From an uncultured Candidatus Saccharibacteria bacterium (lineage in GTDB: Bacteria > Patescibacteriota > Minisyncoccia > Phycocordibacterales > Phycocordibacteraceae), in contig CAZDPG010000001.1 in the NCBI GenBank assembly GCA_964507275.1, positions 188,061 to 252,060 of the forward strand: 64,000 bases of DNA, in the 5' to 3' direction. Below are positions 29,491 through 38,358 of this stretch, in pieces. Each line of letters begins with the position of its first letter. The stretch's first letter is position 1. A model generated the notes under the pieces. The model was not told where the DNA came from, did no database searches, and worked only from the letters and a program-made list of their open reading frames with translations. Both the position numbers and the translations under genes were made by a program.

Positions 29491-29562
29491 TGACCTCACG
29501 GGGAATCGAACCCCGATTTGATCCGTGAGAGGGATCTGTCCTAGCCGTTAGACGATGAGGCC
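29491..29562 (-). tRNA. tRNA-Glu(CTC), CCA not encoded
   Basis: GGCCTCA…TGAGGTC-A acceptor stem; anticodon arm GATCC-CTCTCAC-GGATC; T-loop GTTCGATTC. Confidence 0.95.
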
Positions 29563-29623
29563 GTCTGTAGATGATTTATAACAGAAAGTTTGAAGAGATG
29601 GAAGCGAAAAATAATAAGGCGAT

Positions 29624-29995
29624 TTAGACTGCCTTCTCGCTCAATACTTGTATCTTCTCGAAAAGCTTTTCGGCAAGATTATTCTGAAGGAAATCAAGCT
29701 CGTGTCGTGCTTTCTCGAGTTCCTCCTCGGCGTTCCTTGAATTCGGCGCGGTGCCTTCACTCAAAGAGATTTCAGTCTGGGAGATGGATGCCTCGAGACC
29801 CTTGATTCTGTCGGCAGTGATCTTCTTTAGGTACGCGAGCTCGACAGCGGTGAGTTCGACGCCCGTGTGTTCCATTCTCCTCATCTCGCGGGTTCCTTGA
29901 TCCAGAGCGTACTCCGGCTCGCCATGACTCTCGACGGCTCGTCGGGAATCGGCTTCAAGCGAAGGGCTTTCGAGGCTAGAATGGGAAAGTGTCAT
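29624..29995 (-). CDS. Hypothetical coiled-coil protein
   Basis: TTGACT-N16-TACTAT-N7-ATG start; Glu-rich helical sequence. Confidence 0.6.
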   Translation of the reverse strand: MTLSHSSLESPSLEADSRRAVESHGEPEYALDQGTREMRRMEHTGVELTAVELAYLKKITADRIKGLEASISQTEISLSEGTAPNSRNAEEELEKARHELDFLQNNLAEKLFEKIQVLSEKAV

Positions 29996-30043
29996 GCAGG
30001 TTATAGTAGGCCTAATTCTCCGAGAGTCAATGAGTTCTGCGTG

Positions 30044-30074
30044 CAAAAAATAAGCGCGGGATGGTTACCGCGCT
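30044..30074 (-). terminator. Intrinsic terminator
   Basis: Minus strand AGCGCGG-TAACCATC-CCGCGCT-TATTTTTT. Confidence 0.6.
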
Positions 30075-30094
30075 GTCCCGCATATAGCTTTCGG

Positions 30095-30340
30095 CTAATT
30101 GTCAGGGAGTCTCTTGCGATCTGCTTCGGCTCGTGCCGCCGCTTCGGCTCGCATCTTGGGCGTGATTTCGAATGCGGGAGTTCCGGTGGTACGCAGCTGA
30201 GCCTCATGTTTTGGTGCTTGTGCCCTGAGCTCAGCGACCTTCGCCATAAGTGTGGTTCGATCGGCCGCTAATTTGTGCGCCGCTTCTTTCTGTTCTCGCT
30301 CAGTCTTTACCTCGGCGCGTAGCTCCTCGCGTTTGCTCAT
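30095..30340 (-). CDS. Small charged helical hypothetical protein
   Basis: TTGACA-N16-CATACT promoter and a GGAGG SD before MSKREE; an alternative leaderless start is at 30367. Confidence 0.55.
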   Translation of the reverse strand: MSKREELRAEVKTEREQKEAAHKLAADRTTLMAKVAELRAQAPKHEAQLRTTGTPAFEITPKMRAEAAARAEADRKRLPDN

Positions 30341-30404
30341 CTTCGGACCCTCCATACCAGTTGGCATACGTAAAGTATGACGTATTGAAACCGCGTGTCA
30401 ACGG

Positions 30405-30860
30405 CTATGCGAGCAGGGAATCGACGATTTCCTTCACAAGAGCTCCATCAGCCTGGCCTTTGAGTTCTTTCATGAGAGCTCCGGTGAATTTGCCGGCTTC
30501 AGTCTTCGAGGAAACACCCATCTCGGTCATCTTCTGCTTTGCGATGGTTTCTATCTCCTCACGGCTCATGAGAGCGGGAAGGTAGGACTCAATGATGGCG
30601 AGCTCGGCCTTCTCGGGCTCTGCGAGCTCAGGGCGACCGCCGTTTGTGAACTGCTCGATAGAGTCTTTACGCTGATTGGCTGCGCGCTTCACGACGGCAA
30701 GTGCTTCCTCATCGGTGAGGAACTCATCCGGCTTGCGCTTCTTGGCAACGACTTCGTTGGTCATCATGGTGATGAGCGAACGGAGCGTCTGGAGCTTCAC
30801 GGCATCCTTGGCGCGCATCGCGTCCGGGATAGATTTCTTCAGGGTTTCGTGGATAGACAT
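30405..30860 (-). CDS. yqeY: GatB/YqeY domain protein
   Basis: AMRAKD..KL.TLR, QRKDSIEQF..GGR.ELA..E..E..I…YLP, ADG..V. Confidence 0.92.
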   Translation of the reverse strand: MSIHETLKKSIPDAMRAKDAVKLQTLRSLITMMTNEVVAKKRKPDEFLTDEEALAVVKRAANQRKDSIEQFTNGGRPELAEPEKAELAIIESYLPALMSREEIETIAKQKMTEMGVSSKTEAGKFTGALMKELKGQADGALVKEIVDSLLA

Positions 30861-30880
30861 GGGAATAGTATACTACGAAC
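30861..30880. promoter_or_regulatory. Palindromic bidirectional -10 element serving two leaderless genes
   Basis: AGTATACT at 30867-30874 reads TATACT on both strands, each 6 nt from an ATG (30881 on +, 30860 on -). Confidence 0.65.
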
Positions 30881-31930
30881 ATGGATTTGTTCACCGTCGC
30901 CCTCATCGTCCTCGCGTTGCTCTTCACCCAGGGTATCGGCCTCTATCTTATCTTCCGTCGCCAAGAGACGCCTGCTACGGATGGCAACGGCATGGTGCTC
31001 CTGCAGCAGCAGTTGCAGAATCTCGAGCGTACGCTCGATGCGCGTGTTACGGAATCATCCCGCGCGATGCAGGAGAACTCTCATCGGCAGTTTTCGGAGA
31101 GCGCGCGACTCATCAAGGAGATCACCCAGGAGGTGACGTCGGTCAAAGAGATTGGCCGGCAGACCCAGGGGTTCGCCGAACAGCTGCAGAGTCTGCAGGA
31201 CATCCTGAAGAACCCGAAGCAGCGCGGCATCCTCGGCGAGTATTATCTCGAGACGGTTCTGAAGAACGTGCTTCCGCCCGGCATGTACCAGATGCAGTAT
31301 CCCTTCAAGAACGGCGAAATAGTCGATGCCGCCGTCTTCGTGAGCGACAAGATTGTCCCGATAGACTCGAAGTTCTCTCTTGATAATTACAACCGTCTCG
31401 TGCATGCAAGCGAAACAGAGAAGCCAGCGTTCGAGAAGGCGTTCGTGAACGACCTGAAGCTTCGTATCAGTGAGACGGCAAAATACATCCGTCCTGAAGA
31501 GAACACCATGGACTTCGCGTTCATGTTCATCCCGTCCGAGGGTATCTACTACGATCTCCTCACGAATCAGGTCGGCGGTGGGGAAGAGGAGAACCTCATC
31601 CAGCGAGCTGCCGGCAAGCACAAGGTCATCATCGTTTCCCCGACGTCATTCCTCGCATACCTCCAGACGGTCATGCAGGGTCTAAAGGCGCTCAAGATAG
31701 AGGAAAAGGCGGAAGAAATACAACAGCGGGTAGGGGAGCTGGGGAAGCATGTAGCGGCCTACGAGACCTTTTACAAGAAGCTCGGTGTCTCGCTCGGTAC
31801 ATCGGTATCCCACTACAACGCGGGATACAAAGAGCTCCGGAAGATAGACAAAGACGTGTATCGCATCGCTGATGCCAAGATTGGTATAGAGCCTGAGCTT
31901 CTGGATAAGCCGACAGCGCTTGAAGAGTGA
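30881..31930 (+). CDS. rmuC: DNA recombination protein RmuC
   Basis: N-terminal TM helix and coiled coil; NPKQRG.LGE..LE, PIDSKF, KYI.P…T.DFA.MF.P.E, SPT. Confidence 0.93.
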   Translation: MDLFTVALIVLALLFTQGIGLYLIFRRQETPATDGNGMVLLQQQLQNLERTLDARVTESSRAMQENSHRQFSESARLIKEITQEVTSVKEIGRQTQGFAEQLQSLQDILKNPKQRGILGEYYLETVLKNVLPPGMYQMQYPFKNGEIVDAAVFVSDKIVPIDSKFSLDNYNRLVHASETEKPAFEKAFVNDLKLRISETAKYIRPEENTMDFAFMFIPSEGIYYDLLTNQVGGGEEENLIQRAAGKHKVIIVSPTSFLAYLQTVMQGLKALKIEEKAEEIQQRVGELGKHVAAYETFYKKLGVSLGTSVSHYNAGYKELRKIDKDVYRIADAKIGIEPELLDKPTALEE

Positions 31931-31991
31931 GAGCCGATGGTGTGAATCATCTGCATGTAAATGGAAACGAGTGGGGTATACTGAAGGAGAT

Positions 31992-34553
31992 ATGCGTAGC
32001 ACATTCGTTCTCTTAACACTCACACTGATTTCCATCGGCGCGTTCTTGATTCCTGACCGTGTTTTCGCGCAGCCCTCTCCCAGTTCAGTTTCCGTAGTCG
32101 TCGCGAATATAAACCTCTCCAATGCAGTAATCCTTTCTCAGGACGGGAATACATTTCGCATTGCCGTTGATTTTGTGAACAACGGGGATGCACCTCAGTC
32201 AGACATTAAATACGGCGTCGAATTGGTGAAGAAACAGGACAAGGCTCAGACGAGAGTCGATACGTTTATCTCAGATGAGATACTCATCATCGACGCTAAG
32301 AAAACGCTCCATAAAGAATTTACCTATGCGGCATCTCCACTACTCTCTGGCGGTAATTATGAGTTGTGGCTGCTGAGTAGGACGACAGGAGGCCTCATAC
32401 TCGGTATTGCCAGGGTAGGGGAAGTTCCTCTCGAAACGACCGCCGATGGTCGAGTGGCGATCTCTCCAGAATCCTGTTATCTACAAGTGAAAGGAGACAC
32501 CGAGAAGTACACGCTCCTGCAAGGTGTTGACGTGGAGAAAGAGGAAATATTGTCTATTCGTTGTTCAGCGAAAAATAACTTCCCTCGCAGTGTTACGGTT
32601 TCTCCTTCCTTCGAGACTCATGAGCGCTCGGTGTACGGATCAATCGTGAATGTCGCGTACCTGGAGGCTCCAACCATCACGTTCAAGTCGGGCGAGACGA
32701 AAGAATTCTCTTTCACCATTCAGAAACCGGAAAAACCGCAGGCGTATGATGCTAGTCTCACACTGATCGATAGTAGTAGCCGTGCCGTCGTATCGGGCAG
32801 TGTGACCGCCCACTATGTCCTTCGCGGTGCGAGCGCCACCATTCAGAATGCTTCGCTCGATAGGGCGATATATGAAAAGGGCGATCTGATTACCGCAACC
32901 CTTTTCTGGTCACCTTCGGCTGATTCCTTTCCGAATTCTCGGGCAGAAACGGGGACCACTATCGGAGACATCACAATAAAGGTAGACATCGTCGATGAAT
33001 CAGGCGCATCATGTGCCGACACCATCACGAAGATTGTCACTGGTCAGGAAACGAACGTTTCTCTGACAGCGAATTCTTCCATCACCTGCGTTTCCCCGAA
33101 GGCGATCCTTACGCTCATGGACAAGGACGGCACGGTTCTGGATAATCGGACATTCTCAAGTCCGGCGGTAAGCAACGATACCCCCGCTCGTGAGTTCCCT
33201 GTGAACAGTATGGCGGTTCTCGCCACCCTGCTCGGGGCATTCACCGCATTCTTCATTTGGAAGAAATATCTTATTAATCTGCAGAGTGCAGCGAGAACTC
33301 TGCTCCTCCTGATGATTGTGTCCTCAGCGTTTTTCATGGGGGTAGGGGAAGCGAAAGCGTTAACCTATGGGACAGGGGATGTCATTACCACGGTAAACAT
33401 AAACAAAAGTGTCTATTCTCCAGGGGAGACAATAGTGGTGAGTGGCTTGGTCACGTTTAGTAATTGCGGTAATGGGTATTCCACCGTGAATGTCTTGGCG
33501 AATATCAGCGCGGAAATGATCGCTCTCAACAGTCCCGGCAGCTACTACTTGTCCGGCTATTTGACCGCTCCCTCATCTCCCGGAACGTACATCATTGACT
33601 TCACTTCAATGGGTTTGCCCGACTACGGCATGTTGTATCTTGACTGGTCATGGGGGAGCATCCCAATCACCGTAAGTGCTCCACTCGGTGCCATCAATGT
33701 CTCCTCCAACATCTCTTCTTCTTGGACTATTACCGGTCCAGAAGTTATTGCCGGATCTGGTACTTCACAATCATATCCATCGAAACCAACAGGGGCCTAC
33801 ACGATTGCCTGGGGCGCAGTTTCTGGATACACCGCACCTGCATCACAGAGTCTCTCTCTCGGTTCCGGAGGGACCATTTCTTTTAGCGGAAGCTATGCCG
33901 CTTCTTGTTCAAGCACCACAATTAGTAACTGCGCTCTTCCGTCGACCTCCTCCGGCTCCTCTGCTGGTAGTTGTGCCGCTAGTTATACTGGCTCGTGCAG
34001 TTACTCTTGTAGCAACGGAGTATGGAGCCAGAGCTCCAACTCGTGTGTTGCTCTAACGTGCTCCAACGGAGCCAATAACTATCCGACCTGCAACACCTGC
34101 ACGGCACCACTCGTATGGAACGGGAGTAGCTGTATCGTTTGTAGTAATGGCGGGTGCGACCTTACCGGGAAGTGTATTAATAACGCAAACAATCCTCCAA
34201 GCTGTAGTACGTGCACCCCGCCAGGGTTAGAGTGGAATCCCAGCACTCATGCCTGCGTGCCGCCTGCTCAAGTGTCGGTATCTATCTCTGCGAACCCCTC
34301 TCGTGTCCGATCGGGCGCCTCCTCGACCATCACCTGGAGCGGGTCAGGTATCGCAAGCTGCTCAATTACAAGAAACGGCACAGCCTGGGGCACCGATGTC
34401 TCTGCGGCAGGCAAGATAGACAGTAGTATTACTAGCCAAACAGTGTATGCCATCGCTTCCTGTAAAGATAATACGGGGACCCAGGTCAATATCACCAATG
34501 ACCCTCTCCCGTCAGCCACGGTGAACCTGGTGCCGGGCTTCGACGAGTTCTAG
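31992..34553 (+). CDS. Large surface protein with Ig-like domains, an internal TM plus second signal-like segment, and Cys-rich repeats
   Basis: N-terminal signal (VFA/Q); central hydrophobic pair; PEGA-like segment; CxNxANNxPxCxTC repeats; C-terminal beta domain. Confidence 0.75.
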   Translation: MRSTFVLLTLTLISIGAFLIPDRVFAQPSPSSVSVVVANINLSNAVILSQDGNTFRIAVDFVNNGDAPQSDIKYGVELVKKQDKAQTRVDTFISDEILIIDAKKTLHKEFTYAASPLLSGGNYELWLLSRTTGGLILGIARVGEVPLETTADGRVAISPESCYLQVKGDTEKYTLLQGVDVEKEEILSIRCSAKNNFPRSVTVSPSFETHERSVYGSIVNVAYLEAPTITFKSGETKEFSFTIQKPEKPQAYDASLTLIDSSSRAVVSGSVTAHYVLRGASATIQNASLDRAIYEKGDLITATLFWSPSADSFPNSRAETGTTIGDITIKVDIVDESGASCADTITKIVTGQETNVSLTANSSITCVSPKAILTLMDKDGTVLDNRTFSSPAVSNDTPAREFPVNSMAVLATLLGAFTAFFIWKKYLINLQSAARTLLLLMIVSSAFFMGVGEAKALTYGTGDVITTVNINKSVYSPGETIVVSGLVTFSNCGNGYSTVNVLANISAEMIALNSPGSYYLSGYLTAPSSPGTYIIDFTSMGLPDYGMLYLDWSWGSIPITVSAPLGAINVSSNISSSWTITGPEVIAGSGTSQSYPSKPTGAYTIAWGAVSGYTAPASQSLSLGSGGTISFSGSYAASCSSTTISNCALPSTSSGSSAGSCAASYTGSCSYSCSNGVWSQSSNSCVALTCSNGANNYPTCNTCTAPLVWNGSSCIVCSNGGCDLTGKCINNANNPPSCSTCTPPGLEWNPSTHACVPPAQVSVSISANPSRVRSGASSTITWSGSGIASCSITRNGTAWGTDVSAAGKIDSSITSQTVYAIASCKDNTGTQVNITNDPLPSATVNLVPGFDEF

Positions 34554-34593
34554 ACTTGTCTTTTAGGGGTTCGCGTGCTAGATTGGGGGGACT

Positions 34594-34911
34594 ATGGAAG
34601 TGGCCGTAATCAAGACCGGAGGGAAGCAATATGTCGTCTCAACAGGCGACACTATTTCGATAGAAAAGCTCCCTGGGGATCTGAAGAAAGGCGACTCAGT
34701 TGTATTCGACGAGGTGCTCCTCGTGGACAACGGCTCGGACACGACCATCGGTGCGCCTGTCATTAAGGGCGCAGAGGTCAAGGGCACTGTTGTTCTCGCC
34801 GGGAAGGCAAAGAAGGTCGAAGTGGTTAAGTACAAGCCAAAGAGTCGCTATTTCAAGCGCAATGGCCATCGTCAGCCGCTTCTCAAGGTTCAGATCGATT
34901 CAATCTCATAG
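34594..34911 (+). CDS. rplU: 50S ribosomal protein L21
   Basis: AVIKTGGKQY and GHRQ motifs. Confidence 0.97.
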   Translation: MEVAVIKTGGKQYVVSTGDTISIEKLPGDLKKGDSVVFDEVLLVDNGSDTTIGAPVIKGAEVKGTVVLAGKAKKVEVVKYKPKSRYFKRNGHRQPLLKVQIDSIS

Positions 34912-34986
34912 ATTGATTTCTTAACTTCTCATATTACGGGGACAGACTTCGCAATTACTTGCGTTTATTTTTACGTATCTAACATT

Positions 34987-36336
34987 ATGCAAATAGGAAG
35001 ATGGCATCATCAGTCAGCAGGGGGCTCTTCGGAGTCGTCAGGGAACAGGGAGAGCGGTAGTCGCTCGTATTCACCGCGCCCATCGAGAGGGGGAAGCGCA
35101 AGCGGTCCTCGCCGTTATGGCAGCGATCGCGGTCCGGCACGTGGCGGAAGCAGCTACGGCCGCAGCAGCAGCTTCGGCGGCGGCCGTGCACCAGCACGAG
35201 GTCGTGGTTTCGGGTCGTTCGGCGAGACCGAGGCTGAGATTTCGAAGTTCATGAACAAGACGGTCGTCACGACCGAAGAGCCGGTTTTCGTGCCGGAACA
35301 CAAGTTCGCTGACTTCGATATCAACGCACATCTCAAGCAGAACATCATTAATCATGGGTATGAGCTTCCGACGCCAATCCAGGACAAGGCCATTCCGCAC
35401 GCGCTCCTCGGACAGGACGTGGTGGGACTCGCTGAGACTGGGACCGGAAAGACGGCCGCCTTCCTCATTCCTCTCATCGACAAGGTGATGAAGCAGAAGG
35501 GCGAGCGCGTCCTCATCATGGCGCCGACGCGTGAGCTCGCCGTGCAGATTGAGAAGGAGCTCGCTGGCTTCGCCAAGGGTCTCGGTTTCCGTGGCATGGT
35601 TGCCGTGGGTGGAGCGAATATCGGTCCGCAGGTCTCGGCACTCCGCCATGATCCTGCGTTCGTCATCGGTACCCCAGGGCGCTTGAAGGACCTCATGGAG
35701 CGCAAGGCGCTTGATCTCACTGGCTTCGGCACGGTCGTCCTCGACGAGGCTGACCGCATGCTCGACATGGGATTCATCGATGATATGCGACTCATCCTCG
35801 CCAAGATGCGCAAGGAGCGCCACACGCTCTTCTTCTCAGCGACGATGTCACGCGAGATTGAGAAGCTCATCGGCGATTTCCTCGAGAGCCCCGTCGTCAT
35901 CTCGGTGAAGACCGGGGATACCTCGAAGAATGTGGAGCAGGACGTCGTCCGCATCCCGCGCGGTGCAGACAAGTTCGAAGTGCTCGTCGACCTCCTTCAG
36001 AACCGCGAGTTCAGCAAAGTGCTTATCTTCGGTCGCACGAAGTACGGCGTCGAGAAGCTCGCGAAGGAGCTCTCCCGCAAGCACATTCATTCCGAGAGCA
36101 TCCATGGCAATAAGACGCATGGTGCGCGTATTCGCGCTCTTGAGGCCTTCAAGGCAGGGAAGGTGACCGCTCTCGTGGCGACCGATGTCGCGGCGCGCGG
36201 TCTCGATATCCCAGCTGTGACACACGTCATCAACTACGACCTTCCGTCGACGTATGAGGACTATGTGCACCGCATCGGCCGTACCGGCCGTGCTGCGATG
36301 AAAGGCATCGCGCTCACGTTCGTCCAGGGGAGATAA
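34987..36336 (+). CDS. DEAD-box RNA helicase with Arg/Gly/Ser-rich N-terminus
   Basis: Q motif, AETGTGKT, PTRELA, DEAD, SAT, HRIGRTGR. Confidence 0.95.
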   Translation: MQIGRWHHQSAGGSSESSGNRESGSRSYSPRPSRGGSASGPRRYGSDRGPARGGSSYGRSSSFGGGRAPARGRGFGSFGETEAEISKFMNKTVVTTEEPVFVPEHKFADFDINAHLKQNIINHGYELPTPIQDKAIPHALLGQDVVGLAETGTGKTAAFLIPLIDKVMKQKGERVLIMAPTRELAVQIEKELAGFAKGLGFRGMVAVGGANIGPQVSALRHDPAFVIGTPGRLKDLMERKALDLTGFGTVVLDEADRMLDMGFIDDMRLILAKMRKERHTLFFSATMSREIEKLIGDFLESPVVISVKTGDTSKNVEQDVVRIPRGADKFEVLVDLLQNREFSKVLIFGRTKYGVEKLAKELSRKHIHSESIHGNKTHGARIRALEAFKAGKVTALVATDVAARGLDIPAVTHVINYDLPSTYEDYVHRIGRTGRAAMKGIALTFVQGR

Positions 36337-36353
36337 TTCGGTTTTTACAATGC

Positions 36354-36377
36354 AAAAGCACCTTCAAGGGTGCTTTT
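36354..36377. terminator. Bidirectional terminator
   Basis: AAAAGCACCTT-CAA-GGGTGCTTTT between convergent genes. Confidence 0.75.
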
Positions 36378-36382
36378 TGTTT

Positions 36383-36985
36383 TTATGCTTCCTTTCGATT
36401 GGTGAGCGCCGCCCGCAGCGTTTCGGCATCGGAGTATTCGAGCTCGCTGCCGGTGGCGAGGCCACGCCCGAGTGCGGAGATCTTCATGTGGTCGCGATAG
36501 GGGGCAAGGAGCTGGCGCACGTGATCAGCAGTATGCTCTCCCTCGCTTGTGGCCGAGAGAGCGAGCACGACTTCTTGTAACCCATCTTGCAGACGCCTCT
36601 CGATTGCCTGTAGCAAGCCTTTCTCGCGGATGGCGCCTTTACCGGAAAGGGTGAGCACACCCCCGAGTACGAAATAGCGGCCTTTGTAAGTGCCGGCGCG
36701 TTCTATGGCCGCCAGATCCTGGTCCTTCTCGACGAGCATGAGGAGCGCATTGTCACGCTTCGTGTCGGAACAGTAATTACACATGAGCACAGAGCTGCCG
36801 TTATAGAAACGTGAACATCCAGGACATTGGTGGACATCCTTGCCAAGCGCGCTCACCAGCTCGGCAAGTTTCGCTCGCTCAGAGGCGGGAGCGCTGAGAA
36901 GATAATAAACGAAACGTTTGCCCTGGCGCGGGCCTATGCCAGGGAGACGAGCGAGGGCGCGGGCGAGCTCATCGATATGATCCAT
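36383..36985 (-). CDS. recR: Recombination mediator RecR
   Basis: LPGIGPR HhH motif, C4 zinc finger, Toprim domain (VE…D), ELEY.D..TL. Confidence 0.95.
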   Translation of the reverse strand: MDHIDELARALARLPGIGPRQGKRFVYYLLSAPASERAKLAELVSALGKDVHQCPGCSRFYNGSSVLMCNYCSDTKRDNALLMLVEKDQDLAAIERAGTYKGRYFVLGGVLTLSGKGAIREKGLLQAIERRLQDGLQEVVLALSATSEGEHTADHVRQLLAPYRDHMKISALGRGLATGSELEYSDAETLRAALTNRKEA

Positions 36986-36988
36986 GTT

Positions 36989-38344
36989 CTAGAACTCGCT
37001 TGCGAGGTCGCCATAGCCGGCCGTGTCGACTGATTGGAAGCTTGCGCGCTTCTCATCGAAGTAGAGCTCGGTGCTGCCGGTCGGACCGTTGCGGTGCTTC
37101 TCGATGAGAATTTCAGCAATGTTTGGACGATCGCTATCCGGGTTCCGCTTGTCTTCGCGATGGATGAACATCACGACATCAGCATCCTGCTCAATAGAAC
37201 CCGAGTCGCGCAGGTCGGAGAGACGAGGGCGACCTCCGCGCTGTTCTACGGCACGCGAGAGCTGGGAGAGCGCGATGACGGGGACTTCGAGCTCGCGTGC
37301 GAGACTCTTTAGTGAGCGTGATATCTCCGTCACCTGCTGCACAAGCGAGTCGGACGCTTTGGTCGAGGTAGGACTCATGAGCTGGAGGTAGTCGACCACG
37401 ATGAGACCGATACCGCGCTCGCGCTTCAAGCGCCGCGCCACCGCACGCATCGCAAGAATATTGTTGCCCGGTTTGTCGTCGATGAATATTGGTGCCTTCG
37501 AGAGCGCCTCGAGTGCATCACGGATGCGATTGAAATCCTCTTCCTCGCGTACTTGTCCGGTGCGCAACTTCCAGGAGTTCACGAAAGACTCTGCAGCAAG
37601 CATGCGGTCGATGAGCTGTTCGGAGCTCATCTCGAGCGAGAAGATGCCTACGGGCACGTTATGGCGCACCGCGGCATTGCGGGCGATATCAAGGGCAAGC
37701 GACGTCTTACCCATCGAAGGACGGGCGGCGAGGATCACGAGATCAGAGGGATGGAAGCCCGAGAGGAGATTATCGAGCGCAGGGAAACCGGATGGGACGC
37801 CACGAATACCATCCTCTTTTTTCGAGAGCGCCTCGATGCGATCCCATGCTTCATGGACCTTATCGCCAATAGCGGTGAACTTGTGCGCAACCGATGCGTT
37901 GCCGATAGCATAGATGGCCTTCTCTGCTTCATCGAGCACTTCCATAGTTTCGCGCGATTCGTCGTAGGCGGATTCATTGATAGTGTAGGAAGCGTCGATC
38001 AAGGAGCGCATCAAGTGCTTGCGTGAGACGAGGTCGGCGTAATGAGAAAAGTTCCCTGGCGCCGGTGCCGCGCCGACGAGCTCAGCGAGATAGCTTCTGC
38101 CGCCACTGCGCTCTAGGAGTCCTTGATCCTGGAGGCGCTGCGAAAGAGAGAGCTGGTCGATAGGCTCGCCGCGGTCAGCGAGCTCACGCATCGCACCGAA
38201 TATGAGCCGATGCTTCTCAGCGTAGAAGGAATCGGGGTGCACGAGGTCTGAGACGTCATGGATAGCATCAGGCTTGAGGAGGAGCGCGCCGAGGAGGGCA
38301 CGCTCAGACTCAAGGGATTGGGGAGGGATACGGTCGGCGGCCAT
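36989..38344 (-). CDS. dnaB: Replicative DNA helicase
   Basis: PPQS.E.E, AARPSMGKT, VDYLQL, LSQLSR, DLRDSGSIEQDAD, KHRNGPTG; no intein. Confidence 0.97.
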   Translation of the reverse strand: MAADRIPPQSLESERALLGALLLKPDAIHDVSDLVHPDSFYAEKHRLIFGAMRELADRGEPIDQLSLSQRLQDQGLLERSGGRSYLAELVGAAPAPGNFSHYADLVSRKHLMRSLIDASYTINESAYDESRETMEVLDEAEKAIYAIGNASVAHKFTAIGDKVHEAWDRIEALSKKEDGIRGVPSGFPALDNLLSGFHPSDLVILAARPSMGKTSLALDIARNAAVRHNVPVGIFSLEMSSEQLIDRMLAAESFVNSWKLRTGQVREEEDFNRIRDALEALSKAPIFIDDKPGNNILAMRAVARRLKRERGIGLIVVDYLQLMSPTSTKASDSLVQQVTEISRSLKSLARELEVPVIALSQLSRAVEQRGGRPRLSDLRDSGSIEQDADVVMFIHREDKRNPDSDRPNIAEILIEKHRNGPTGSTELYFDEKRASFQSVDTAGYGDLASEF

Positions 38345-38358
38345 TACCCCTGATTGTA

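Noticed and set aside
28550-29562. Integrative element at the tRNA-Glu 3' end
   Set aside because: No duplicated tRNA 3' fragment and no integrase was found.
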